Positions 49,901-59,329 are shown, counted from the first letter of the stretch. The stretch: DNA of 64,000 nucleotides from Candidatus Latescibacterota bacterium (GCA_965219385.1 CBDCNM010000001.1:546631-610630); one strand, 5' to 3'. A program made the numbers and translations. Notes: generated from the letters alone by a model not told the origin.

Positions 49901-50222
49901 GCGCGAAGCCCTGTCCTACCAGGAGTACAATTCCGCCATGGAGGTCTTCGAGCGCGCCAAGGAGCAGGGAAGCGCCGAGTTGTTTCGCACGGCGATTCGG
50001 CAATTCGAAGAGGTGTGGAAGCACTACCCCGAGACCATAGGTGGGGTTGGGGCAAAGGTCAATGTCGGAGTCTGCTACCAGCGTCTGAAGGAATGGAAAC
50101 AGGCGGTGGATGCCTTTGACGTGATCATTGCCGCCGGCGAGAAAGGCCACCCCCAGGTCACTCCTAATGTCCTTGGTTTCGTCGAAAGGCGGCGTGGAAC
50201 CATCGCGAGGAAGCACCTATGA
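46965..50222 (+). CDS. Large periplasmic TPR protein (BamD/YbgF-like repeats)
   Basis: Signal peptide; many TPRs of the 'LLERYPES..A..A.Y..G..YY' type. Confidence 0.85.
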   Translation: MITALVSLSLLTAMIVATQSVPTAGELQASFSQGQKFYASGAYDQAIESYQHVVKSSSKYLQMDSVRVAVGEIDAPLQEVAPYQIGNSYLKMAEEAQGRAAKTRIADQREAYLAEARQLLEKAAAFFIKAEEGASSTALQALARSQAVVCWYKMKDYERTIEGARLLLERYPESKQAEKAMYDIGWAYYDMEDYPSSIEAFKALVERFGTGYRSNRALFQLGEAHFKLERYPEAVPYYQRLVDQQRIGQMSEREILLMKREKLAGLVDETALEIAAKSLIRIGVCYEKIGEYDKAAEAFEVVAREFADERRLAEEAYLREADMYYNRGDFDATIAVFYRAIEAAGDPFAKARMQLLLANRYFETDHFPDAVREYDLYRSAYGERAEQVGLAVDGVGLQIARAWLGEARKLSGDEAIETYHRAELELRGTLALFPYSSYAIELKFNLGLVLQQQGGEKRTQQALEFFEEVAQAPEAGGYRQSALFQIARIHHGRQDHEKAITAYHEVIAELGDKPEAHIARFELGIVERDQEDWPTAVEEFLKVGSASPLFSRSRLEAGQLLVRHGELEKAIEVLEEGMGGEASSESMALFNYLLGAAHSQLGDQEGALPYFAAALKGAGPAFAERPAYGRGVALYKLGRYQEAIRDLERMWSDPALAASAPRLLAAAYTSVGQIDGALQTYQKLMLATETPVESAEYLLAQAEISYRQGLYKKVISLSEELMQLAFDEPTLPEGRPYFIREKAFWLVADASLRLENRERVIAQAAAGFAAFPHGYYAPDFLFFGGLAALQLERHEEAATKLNQLLERYPTHSLVGDALYYLGYAYFYQTFFKKAIPIFTRVVEDFPRLSSASDALFRIAECRFNLGLFEEAEQDYRKVIDRYPNSPLREDATYNLAWCLMESATIEEGGEQAAKVVEAFNTYLKRFPKGRHAETARYTLAEISFNQGELERAYELFNQIPEEFPGSTAAKEAQAVLPELREALSYQEYNSAMEVFERAKEQGSAELFRTAIRQFEEVWKHYPETIGGVGAKVNVGVCYQRLKEWKQAVDAFDVIIAAGEKGHPQVTPNVLGFVERRRGTIARKHL

Positions 50223-51439
50223 GACTCTCTTACAGAGATCCCCTAGCAATAATCCGGAAAAACTGGCGCCTGTTTTACTTTGGCGTGGCCATGGCGGTGG
50301 TCTTCCACATCGCAATTCTGTCGCTCTACCTGAGGCCGAGCGAAGAGGTGAAGGAAGAGGTTGTAGCGCGCATAGAGTGGGATGAACAGGACACCCCTTT
50401 TGTCGTGCCGCGGCCCCAGCTGACCCGGGAGTTCGCCTTTAAGAAGCAGCGCGTTCCCCAGGGCGAACCCGTGGTCCGCTCCAGCGGCGATCGGACCGCG
50501 ACGATCGTGCGCAGCGGCAGCAGGGCCGTGGGGGCGGTTATGAGTGGTTCGGTACAACAGTGGACCCGAAGCGGAGGGAGCGCCGATTTCGTCGTCGTGG
50601 TTGGCGGTGCCGGGGTCAGCGATATGGTGGTGGGCATTCCCCAGTTCGAGGCGATCGAGATGACCAGTCTGAAGGAGCCCGAAAAGCGGATCGACATGCA
50701 GGCGGAATTTCTGGATTTGTCCGCCATTGATACCGGCAAGTACAAGGGCATGGTGATCCAGGATCCGACCGACAAGCGCAACATCCAGGGATTCGTGTAC
50801 CTGGGACTGGCGTGGGGGAGCGTGCTGGAGCCGCCCTACAAGACGGCCCTGTACCAGCTAGTGCGGGCGATCAACCACCAAACCCGGATAGAGGCCCAGG
50901 TGGACGACCAGCTCTTTCTGGATTCGAAGGCCCTGTTCAAAGCGCCCTTCACCTACATTGCGGCCAACAGGGCTTTCGAGCTTACGGACCACGAAGCCAA
51001 GAATCTGGGCGACTACCTGCGGAGAGGGGGGTTCGTCCTGGCCGACAATGCCCAACCGCATCTGGAGTACGGCCCCGCCGAGGCCTCCATGAAGGCCATG
51101 TTCAAGAAGGCCCTGGGACGGGATGCCCGCTGGGTGCCGATCCGCAACGATCACCCGCTCTACCACATCTTCTTCGATTTTGACGGACCGCCCCCGGGCG
51201 GGGATGTCGGCGGTGGAATCAACCGTGACACCGGCAGGTCCGAAGCCGTCTATTTTCTGGAGGGGATCTACATCCGGGACCGCCTGGTGGCGGTGTATTC
51301 GGACAAGGGCTACGGGGACTTCTGGCAGAAGGAAACCAACAATGAGCCCCAATTGAAGATCGGGATCAATTTTGTGGTATTCGCCCTGACCCAGAAGGGC
51401 TCCATCGCCCAGCAACAAATCGACTATTTCAGCCAATGA
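50219..51439 (+). CDS. DUF4159 domain protein with an N-terminal single TM anchor
   Basis: ATGA overlap; TM FYFGVAMAVVFHIAILSLYL; NLGDYLRRGGFVLAD, DHPLYHIFFDF, LEGI...RLVAVYS, GINFVVFALT. Confidence 0.8.
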   Translation: MRLSYRDPLAIIRKNWRLFYFGVAMAVVFHIAILSLYLRPSEEVKEEVVARIEWDEQDTPFVVPRPQLTREFAFKKQRVPQGEPVVRSSGDRTATIVRSGSRAVGAVMSGSVQQWTRSGGSADFVVVVGGAGVSDMVVGIPQFEAIEMTSLKEPEKRIDMQAEFLDLSAIDTGKYKGMVIQDPTDKRNIQGFVYLGLAWGSVLEPPYKTALYQLVRAINHQTRIEAQVDDQLFLDSKALFKAPFTYIAANRAFELTDHEAKNLGDYLRRGGFVLADNAQPHLEYGPAEASMKAMFKKALGRDARWVPIRNDHPLYHIFFDFDGPPPGGDVGGGINRDTGRSEAVYFLEGIYIRDRLVAVYSDKGYGDFWQKETNNEPQLKIGINFVVFALTQKGSIAQQQIDYFSQ

Positions 51440-52713
51440 CAACCGGCGAGCAGCGCGAAAAGAGAAGGGATACTGTGACCATGACGGAATTGTTCTCCAG
51501 GCGGATGCAGCGGCTGCTGATTGCCGCGGTTTTGCCGCTCCTGGCAGGCTGCAGCCTCATTTTCCCGCTCCAGATCGAACGAAAGATCATGCTGGACCCG
51601 AGGGAGGATATGGGAGACAGCTACAAGATAGGAACGGATGGCTCGGTTTCCTATCTGCTGGAGGGTTTGCGGGTCGAGGTCAAGTACATGACCGATCAGG
51701 AGATGAATGAAGTATTCACCCAGGAGTCCGATCTGGGCGAATATTCCATCAATCCCTACACCTACGGCAATTACATCGATCCGGGGGTTGGATATGTCCA
51801 GAACCGCTTTACGGTATTCCGGGTGAGCGTGTACAATTCCACCTTTGCCAAAGTGGAGCTGGATCCGCGGAAGGCCTCCCTGACGACGGGTCGAGAGGGC
51901 GAACACCACATTTCCTATAGTGTCCTTAAGGCTCAGCGGCGCAAAAGCTTTGAAGATTACTACCGGGCCTTGAGGGGCCCCAGCGGCAATGACTACTACC
52001 GCTACAACATGCGCATGGGGCTGGTGCGGAGCAATAACTACGGGGTGGATGAAAAGATCTTCCGGGGCGAAAATTACGATGGATTTATCGTCTTCGACCC
52101 GCTGGACGACGAGGTCGGAAAGGTGCGCTTGCTGCTCAAAGACTTCGTCCTCAAGTTCAATGTCTTCAACCAGCCGCTCGAGACCATCGACATTGTGTTC
52201 GAATTTGAGCGCCAGGTGGACCAGGAGGTCTTCAGGCAGAGGGAAGCCATAGCGGTCCGCGAGCTGACCCGCGCCGAACTGATCGCCTCCAGCACCGAGG
52301 TCAGCGGCAATATTCCCGGCGATGCGACGCGGGAGGTGCGCACCATAAACGCCTTCGCAACCGCCCAGTTGAATTCGATCAACGCTTGTTTTGAAAAAGA
52401 GTACGAGGCCGGCAGTGCCGCGGAAGGTCAGCTCACGGTGTCGTTTGTCATTCTCCCCATTGGCTCGGTCGAAAGTGCGCGCGTGGTCTCTTCTACGGTG
52501 GTCAGCCAGGCCGTGGGAGATTGTATTACGAGCCGGATTGAGCGGTGGCGGTTCCAGCCTTCGAGGGTGCTGGAGCCCGAAACCCCGGGAGAAGAGGAAG
52601 AAGAAGAAGAGACCACTCAGGCGGGTCCTTCGCGGCCTTCCATGTCGGCCCTGTCTCCATCCAGGGTGACGGCTACCTGTAGCTTCGAGTTTTTGGACAT
52701 CAGCACGGATTGA
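51436..52713 (+). CDS. Lipoprotein with a C-terminal TonB-C-like (AgmX/PglI-type) domain
   Basis: LLAGC lipobox (the true start is probably a downstream ATG); INACFEKE...GQLTVSFVI...GSV...VGDCITSRIERWRF. Confidence 0.72.
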   Translation: MTTGEQREKRRDTVTMTELFSRRMQRLLIAAVLPLLAGCSLIFPLQIERKIMLDPREDMGDSYKIGTDGSVSYLLEGLRVEVKYMTDQEMNEVFTQESDLGEYSINPYTYGNYIDPGVGYVQNRFTVFRVSVYNSTFAKVELDPRKASLTTGREGEHHISYSVLKAQRRKSFEDYYRALRGPSGNDYYRYNMRMGLVRSNNYGVDEKIFRGENYDGFIVFDPLDDEVGKVRLLLKDFVLKFNVFNQPLETIDIVFEFERQVDQEVFRQREAIAVRELTRAELIASSTEVSGNIPGDATREVRTINAFATAQLNSINACFEKEYEAGSAAEGQLTVSFVILPIGSVESARVVSSTVVSQAVGDCITSRIERWRFQPSRVLEPETPGEEEEEEETTQAGPSRPSMSALSPSRVTATCSFEFLDISTD

Positions 52714-52722
52714 GCCTTGACT

Positions 52723-52749
52723 CAGGGCCCCCTCGCGCAGGGGGTCCTG
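52723..52749 (+). terminator. GC-rich hairpin at the end of the envelope operon
   Basis: CAGGGCCCCCT / AGGGGGTCCTG stem; no U-tract. Confidence 0.4.
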
Positions 52750-52852
52750 TCACAACCTGCCTGCGCCGGCCTGAGTGAGAAGCCTTTTTAACATTCAGTC
52801 TTCTCAGGGCCGTTCCAGTACCTCCAGCCTACCTTTCGCGGAAAGAGCTCCC

Positions 52853-55800
52853 ATGTCAACTCCTCGGTCATTGCCCGCGGTGGCTACAATTCCGGCGGTT
52901 CTGCTGGGTTGCTTCGTTGTGGCCTTTGCGCTGCCCGCCTTTGGCACGGCCATACGCTACGAAAGCCCGTTTTACGAAATTTCAGAGGAATTCGTCACCC
53001 CGCACATCCCCTGGGGCAAGCCCCTGGCCGGAGGCAAGGTCCGCATCCTGGTGATCGCGCCCAGGATCACCATGCGGGAAGTGGTGGAGCTGGCACAGCG
53101 GCTGGAGGTGGAACACGGCGAGGTCATGACCTGGTCTTCCGGGGTCCTGGGTTCCAGACCGGACATGAGGATATACAACCAGGCCCAAGGGGCCATGGTC
53201 GAGGATGTGGAGGCCGAGCTGCGGGAAAAGCTGCAGGAGCCCTGGGATGTGATCGCCCTGGGGAATTTCCAGTGGCACCTTCTCCCTAGGGACGTGCAGG
53301 ACCGGATTCTGGAAAAGACCCGCCAGGGAGGGGGCTTGATCTACGCTCATCCACCCGCAAACTGGGTCGAGGACACCGGGATCCAGGGGTTGGAGCACAC
53401 CGCGGAGGAGAGTGCTTTTCTCTCCGAGGGCATCCCGTTCAAGGTGCTGACGGCTTTTGCCGCGCTCGAGGGGAGCGCGGATCCGGTCGCCGAATTCGCC
53501 GATCTCTACCGGCTCGGAAAAGGGCGTCTGGCCGTGCTGCGCTATCCCCGTTCGAGCAGTGTTGTTTCCCTCACGGCGGCGCCTACCGACCGCGGCGCCC
53601 ATCCCGACCTGGAGTACGAGTACCTCCAGTCTTTCGCCCTCAAGGCGATCCTCTGGGCGGCCGACCGGGTGCCCTCATTGACGATCCAGGCTCAGGACCT
53701 GGCGGCCCCTATCCCCTGGGCGCGACAGGAAGGCGTCTTGCTCACATTCGACCTGAAGAACCGCGGCGAGAAGCAACGGGTCGAGATCCAGTGGGCCCTG
53801 CGCGACGACCTGGGCGCTCCCCTGGCCCAGGGCTCGCAGGAGGTGGTCCTCAAAAAGGGGGACAATACCTTCTCCATTCCCCTGCCTTCGGTACCCTCTG
53901 GCAGTCACTTGACCGACGTGATCGTCAACTCGGAGGCGGGCAAACTCAACTGGGGTTCGGTCCTCTACCGGGTGGAATCCGCCTTTGGGATTGACTCGGT
54001 GGCCACCGCCAAATCGCATTACGAAGATTCGGAAGAGGTCACCGGAGAGGTCGCCCTGCGCGGGGACGTGCCCGGCAATGCCCTTTTGCGCCTGCGGCTG
54101 CTGGACCACCTGGGGCGCGTACTGGCCGAGCGCTCGGGCCCACCCATGCAGAGCCGCCAATTCCGCTTTGCAGTGGAAGATCCGCAGTCTTCGCTCTACC
54201 GGATCGAAGCCGCCGTACTGTCCGACGGGGCCCTGGTCGAAAAGAAATTTACTGAATTTCCGGTGCGGCGCATCAACGACAACGACTTCACTTTGTGGAT
54301 GTGGCCGGGAAGGGGTTCGACCTACGACCACACCACCGGGATCATCCTCGACGAGCTGGCCAAGATAGGGGTGGACGGCTTTTCAAATATCTACGCGTCC
54401 AGCACCGACTACCTGAAGAATTTCGCCCGCCACAACTTTTTTCTGATCCCGTACATGACCCGGTTCTTCTACGAGAGCCGGGGGAACCCCGACACCACTG
54501 GGGTTCGCAAGCCCTGCATGACGGATCCGGCCTACCGGGAAAAAGAGGCCGAGCACCTGCGCAAAAACGCCCGGACTTTTGCGCCCTACGGACCGCCGAT
54601 CTACACCTTGGGAGACGAAAACGGGGTGGGCAGACCCTACAGTGATGTGTGTTTTTCCGCGACCTGCAAGGCGGATTTTCGCCTCTACCTGCAAAAGATA
54701 TACGGCGGGCTCGACGCCCTCAACGAAGAGTGGAGCACCAACTTTGGGGCCTGGGACCAAGTCGAGCCCATCCGCCTGGAAGAAGCCCGGGCCTCCGGGC
54801 AGATCGCCCGCTGGGTAGACCACCGGCTGCACATGGAAAAGGTCTTCCTGGACATGCACAACTATGCCACTGACGTGATCCGCGAAATTGATCCGCGGGC
54901 CCGGGTGGGGTTCGACGGGGCCTTTCGCACCGACAGCTGGATCGGCTACGACTTCTGGGACCTGATGAACCACCTGGAATTCATGGTGGTCTACTTCTCC
55001 CCCGAGCAACTGGAACAGATCCGCTCCTTCAAGCGGCCGGGCACCTCCATAGGGACCTGGTACGGGGGGTATGTCTGGGGCGGGTTCGGGGCGTACGGCG
55101 CGTTCAAGTACGCGCCGCAGCGGCGGGAAGACTTCCAGCGCTACTGGCCCTGGCATTTGCTGCTGCACGGCTGCAACGGAGCGTGGTGGTTTCACGCCTT
55201 AGGCCTAAACGAGTCCGCCGTCGCCCCGGATCTGACCCTTTACCCGATGTTCCGCCACACCATGGAAGAGGTCAACGAGATCAAGAGCGGAATCGCCCGG
55301 CTCCTGCTCGACGCCGAACGCCTGGACGATGGCATCGCCATCCACTATTCGGAAACCACCACCCACGCCTCGACCATAGAGCACACCCTCACCTCCACGG
55401 ATGCCAGCCAGAGGAGCTTCATCAAGCTCCTCGAAGCCCTGGGGTACCAGTACCGCTACCTGGCTTCCCCGCAGATCGCGGCGGGCCAGCTGCAAAGTGG
55501 TGGCTATCGTCTGCTGGTTCTGCCCTACGTCCAGAGCCTGTCCGCGGCCGAAGCCACGGCCATCGAGGCGTTTGTCCGCGGTGGGGGGACCGTCCTGGCC
55601 GATCTGCGGCCCGGGGTTTTTGACGAACACGGCAAGGCCTTGTCCCAGGGGCGCCTGGACAAGCTCTTCGGCGTCGCGCGCCGGGCATCGAAGTGGACCG
55701 AGCGGGTGCGGGCTGAACTGGCGGATGATGTGTTGGGCCGGATCTTGCCGGGGAGCAGAGTAGATGTGGAGGTCGAGCTGGCCGAAGGGGAAGCCCTGGG

Positions 55801-56527
55801 CACCCGGGGTGAAGTTCCGGTCCTCATCGCGCGGCAGTCGGGCCAGGGCCGGGCCCTGCTCCTCAACTTTGCGCTGGATCCCTACTTCGAGTTGAGGAAG
55901 AACGCCGGCGAGGTGGCGTTCGACGATTTCTTTCGGTCGTTGTTCGCAGACATGGGTATCCCTCCCCGGGTTCAGGTCCTGGACGACGGGGGTGGCGCGG
56001 TGCGCGCTCAGGAAGTGGTGGCTTTCAAGGATGGCGAACTCGAATACGTGGCCATCAAGCGGGACGCCGAGGTGGTCGACGAGGAGAGCCTGCGGATCAC
56101 TGCTCTGTTTCCCCGCCGCGCCCACCTCTACGATGTGCGCGCGGGCCAGTACCTGGGCTATGGACGCAGAGCCCGGGTCGTGCTCTCCCGCATGACGCCC
56201 AGGATCTTTTCGTTGCTGCCCTACCACGTGGAAGAAGTAGGGGCCGAACTGGACGGGGCGAAATTCCGTCCCGGAGACCGGGTCGGGGTGCGGGTCTGGT
56301 TGAAAACATCGACGGGCCAGGCGGGCAACCACGCGATTCGCATGGAGGTGAGGATGCCCTCGGGTGACTTAAACCCCGTCCTGTCCAGAACCCTCTCCGC
56401 TCCGAATGGGAACGCAGAAGGGGTGGTGCAGCTCGCCTTCAACGACCCCCAGGGGCAATGGACGGTCGAGGTGCGCGACGTGGCCACGGGCACAAAGGCC
56501 ACGGCGACATTTGTGCTGGGAGATTAA
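52853..56527 (+). CDS. Secreted GH42-like glycoside hydrolase with trimerisation-like domain (paralog 3)
   Basis: TPHIPWGKP; YTLGDEN; YLQKIYGGLDALNEEWST; WVDHRLHME; FVRGGGTVLADLRPG; AFNDPQGQW. Confidence 0.75.
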   Translation: MSTPRSLPAVATIPAVLLGCFVVAFALPAFGTAIRYESPFYEISEEFVTPHIPWGKPLAGGKVRILVIAPRITMREVVELAQRLEVEHGEVMTWSSGVLGSRPDMRIYNQAQGAMVEDVEAELREKLQEPWDVIALGNFQWHLLPRDVQDRILEKTRQGGGLIYAHPPANWVEDTGIQGLEHTAEESAFLSEGIPFKVLTAFAALEGSADPVAEFADLYRLGKGRLAVLRYPRSSSVVSLTAAPTDRGAHPDLEYEYLQSFALKAILWAADRVPSLTIQAQDLAAPIPWARQEGVLLTFDLKNRGEKQRVEIQWALRDDLGAPLAQGSQEVVLKKGDNTFSIPLPSVPSGSHLTDVIVNSEAGKLNWGSVLYRVESAFGIDSVATAKSHYEDSEEVTGEVALRGDVPGNALLRLRLLDHLGRVLAERSGPPMQSRQFRFAVEDPQSSLYRIEAAVLSDGALVEKKFTEFPVRRINDNDFTLWMWPGRGSTYDHTTGIILDELAKIGVDGFSNIYASSTDYLKNFARHNFFLIPYMTRFFYESRGNPDTTGVRKPCMTDPAYREKEAEHLRKNARTFAPYGPPIYTLGDENGVGRPYSDVCFSATCKADFRLYLQKIYGGLDALNEEWSTNFGAWDQVEPIRLEEARASGQIARWVDHRLHMEKVFLDMHNYATDVIREIDPRARVGFDGAFRTDSWIGYDFWDLMNHLEFMVVYFSPEQLEQIRSFKRPGTSIGTWYGGYVWGGFGAYGAFKYAPQRREDFQRYWPWHLLLHGCNGAWWFHALGLNESAVAPDLTLYPMFRHTMEEVNEIKSGIARLLLDAERLDDGIAIHYSETTTHASTIEHTLTSTDASQRSFIKLLEALGYQYRYLASPQIAAGQLQSGGYRLLVLPYVQSLSAAEATAIEAFVRGGGTVLADLRPGVFDEHGKALSQGRLDKLFGVARRASKWTERVRAELADDVLGRILPGSRVDVEVELAEGEALGTRGEVPVLIARQSGQGRALLLNFALDPYFELRKNAGEVAFDDFFRSLFADMGIPPRVQVLDDGGGAVRAQEVVAFKDGELEYVAIKRDAEVVDEESLRITALFPRRAHLYDVRAGQYLGYGRRARVVLSRMTPRIFSLLPYHVEEVGAELDGAKFRPGDRVGVRVWLKTSTGQAGNHAIRMEVRMPSGDLNPVLSRTLSAPNGNAEGVVQLAFNDPQGQWTVEVRDVATGTKATATFVLGD

Positions 56528-56539
56528 AAATCGGTAGCT

Positions 56540-59017
56540 CTAGAGCTGCCACTGCCCGTCGAAATATCCAGATTTGAGATACCTGTTCTCTGTTTTGCCG
56601 ATAAAGTTATCATTGAATATGGCGTAATCAAAGGTCGTGGAGGAAGGAAAGTGCTCGTCCATGACCTCCAGACCGGTCTTGTGGATGTTGGCTGTGCCCT
56701 TGCAGGTCACCCCGCCGTTGATCACCACGTAGCGGTCCGGGTTCAGGGGATTGGGGTAGACCAGCTGCACCGCCACCTCATCCCCTTCGAAGCGCTCCTC
56801 GCCGGCTACTATGGCTCCGCCGGCAAAATGGATGGGCAAATCCTGGTTGACGCGCGCAATGACCTGGTTGGAGGCAGCATTGCCGTAGAGGATCAGGTTG
56901 TAATTTTCCACGTCCTCCTGGACGATTTCGCGGTCGGGCTTTATCCGGCAGTTTCCATTGGCCCAGATCTGCCACCACACCTGGGCCCAGCGGGATTCTC
57001 TCTGGTTGGTCTCGGTATCTTCGGCCCTGCCGCTGGTGCCGTAGACCAGGAGAAAGGGCGCATTGAAGGCTTCAATGATCGGGCCGCACCGATCCGGATG
57101 CTTGCGGAGTAGCTTTGAATCTATTTTACTCTCCGAGACAGGCTGCCATGCCCCCTCCCTGTAAGCGAGGCTTATCTGTGCAGTTGGTTGGCCGGTAAAA
57201 CTGGGTCGACTGTTTGTGTTTATTACCACCTCTTTGTCCATGTCCACCAACGGTTGATCCAGATGGAGGGTGTACCCGGTAATATTCTCTACCTCCACCT
57301 CGATCCGGTTATCCGTCTCGATAAAAGCGTGGATACGCGCCATGTCTCCGTGTTTTTCCAGCTGATCGATCCGCGTCCAGTAGGCCCTGTTAAAGCGCAG
57401 GTTCTCGGTCTTGTAGATCACCTGCCGCGGATGGGGATTGCGCCGGTGCTGCGCGAAAAAGTCGAAGAGTTCGGGATCGTCCGGCGGGGCGACCTCGCGC
57501 TCCCCTTCCTGGACAATCCACCAGTGATCCGCCCCGGGCACCTCCTTGTACTTGACCGGGTTGCCCAGCTTTTTGAAGATTGAGACGATTTCCCTGGAAT
57601 ACTCGGTGGTCACTACCTTGTCCTCGGCGCCGTGCCCTACAAAGCTCGGCAGGTTGAGCGCGTTTTCCGCCAGCGGCTTTGCCAGGGTGCTGTTGCCGGC
57701 AAAAGGCGCCAGAACCGCAAAGAGGTCGGGATGGGACAACCCGATGGACCAGGTGCCCCTCCCACCCATGGAATGGCCCGTCAGATAGATCCGGTCCGCG
57801 TCGATGTTGTAGCGCTGCTGCATGGCTTCCATGATCTCGAGGACGTCCCAGGTACCAATCTCTCTGTAGGGGACCTGTCCCCGGGCACAGGGCGCAGCCA
57901 CGAAGACCCACGGCCTGGGCCTATAGCTCTCGTAACTTGTAGCATCGCCTTTGTACCCGTGCATGCCGAGCACCAGCGCATGGGATTTGTCGCTGTCGTA
58001 CCCCTCGGGCGCGACGATGCGGAAAGGCTGAACCGAGCCGTCCGCCTTTGACAGGTAGGAGGTGGCAAAGTACTCACCCGGAGAGCGTAGCCGGGGTTTT
58101 AGGTGTAACTTGTGGGCCTCGCCCTCGGCCTCGATGTACAGCACCACTTCGGTGCTGTCCCCGGGCCCCACCCGCTCCCGGGTCCGCAACCTGAAAGGAA
58201 TCTTGCCGGTCTCTCCTGGCTGCAGGGCACCCATCTCCGCAGAAGTGGCGCTCAGAACCTTGTTGCCCTCCACCTCGATGCGTATTCCACCCAATTCACG
58301 GGTGGAGATATTAGTTGCGGGGACGTAGCCCCAGGCGTTGATCTGTTCCCCCACGTACAGGTCGGGGAGGTAGAGGTACTGTTCCTCATCGTGCGGGCTG
58401 CCGCCCACCAGCTCGGTCTTGTTGACAAACAACTTCTCCTCCGGATCCAGCATCTGCAGGTAGAAACCCCACTGTCCGCTCCTCCTGCCGAGCTTGACCA
58501 GGAGGTGGTTGGTGCCTTTCTCAAAGTCGGCGACGATGATCTCCTGAGCCGGCCGAACACTGCGGCTGGCCAAGCTGAGGTGGAGCGGTTCGCCGTTGAG
58601 CCAGATCTGGATCTGATCCTCGCTGCCAATGGCCAGGACATATCTTTGGACCGCATCCGTCTCGATGGATGTGTAGGCGTAGCCTATCCTGTCTTTGAGG
58701 TCCCAGAATTGAGCGAAACTCGGGGCCATGGTCCCCACGAAGTTCACCAGGCCGTCTTCCCGGGCAGTGTAGGTCTCCCATTTCGCCAGCTGACCGTCGG
58801 GCCGGTGGATTTCCAGCCCCTGGTGTGGGATTGTGCTTTCTTCGCCCCCTGCATCTTTCAAATAGTCTATGAAGAACATATCCGTCTGGGTGGGAAAGGG
58901 GCCGCACACCAGCCACTCGGTGACAAAACCCTTTTCGGCAGCCGGGTGCGGCCCTCCAGCAGCCGAGGGGAGTAAACGACAGCGGGCAGGGCCGGAACTT
59001 TGTCGTAGCAATCGCAT
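56540..59017 (-). CDS. Alpha/beta-hydrolase (esterase/prolyl oligopeptidase-like) with N-terminal beta-sandwich domains
   Basis: RIYLTGHSMGG nucleophile elbow; HGAEDKVV; VPGADHWW; start codon uncertain. Confidence 0.82.
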   Translation of the reverse strand: MRLLRQSSGPARCRLLPSAAGGPHPAAEKGFVTEWLVCGPFPTQTDMFFIDYLKDAGGEESTIPHQGLEIHRPDGQLAKWETYTAREDGLVNFVGTMAPSFAQFWDLKDRIGYAYTSIETDAVQRYVLAIGSEDQIQIWLNGEPLHLSLASRSVRPAQEIIVADFEKGTNHLLVKLGRRSGQWGFYLQMLDPEEKLFVNKTELVGGSPHDEEQYLYLPDLYVGEQINAWGYVPATNISTRELGGIRIEVEGNKVLSATSAEMGALQPGETGKIPFRLRTRERVGPGDSTEVVLYIEAEGEAHKLHLKPRLRSPGEYFATSYLSKADGSVQPFRIVAPEGYDSDKSHALVLGMHGYKGDATSYESYRPRPWVFVAAPCARGQVPYREIGTWDVLEIMEAMQQRYNIDADRIYLTGHSMGGRGTWSIGLSHPDLFAVLAPFAGNSTLAKPLAENALNLPSFVGHGAEDKVVTTEYSREIVSIFKKLGNPVKYKEVPGADHWWIVQEGEREVAPPDDPELFDFFAQHRRNPHPRQVIYKTENLRFNRAYWTRIDQLEKHGDMARIHAFIETDNRIEVEVENITGYTLHLDQPLVDMDKEVVINTNSRPSFTGQPTAQISLAYREGAWQPVSESKIDSKLLRKHPDRCGPIIEAFNAPFLLVYGTSGRAEDTETNQRESRWAQVWWQIWANGNCRIKPDREIVQEDVENYNLILYGNAASNQVIARVNQDLPIHFAGGAIVAGEERFEGDEVAVQLVYPNPLNPDRYVVINGGVTCKGTANIHKTGLEVMDEHFPSSTTFDYAIFNDNFIGKTENRYLKSGYFDGQWQL

Positions 59018-59329
59018 GATTTTTATCCTTGAGAAGCCGTCTGAGGGGTCGACAAACACCGAATTTGACGTTGTTAGTCTAAGTGAATTCTAACGAGGTA
59101 TCAAGGAGTTTATTATACCACGCCCTCCCAGAAGGTTGGAATTTCCAGTGTGGTTGGTTTGCTGGATCTTGCGGGCAAAGACCGCTGCGAGGCTGGTTAG
59201 CGGCCGAACAATAATTTTTATTATTTTTTTCAGATGGCTCCCCTCGGGCAGGAAGGCTCTGCTGCTACAAAACACCGCCGGGAAATTCCCTCCCGGCCAC
59301 GAGCCCCGTATGTCTACGCTACTTCGGGG

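Noticed and set aside
36960..50216. Long antisense ORFs (554, 438, 856, 616, 856 aa) over the outer-membrane and TPR genes
   Set aside because: Codon-bias shadow frames; the plus-strand genes have signal peptides, RBSs and operon-like coupling.
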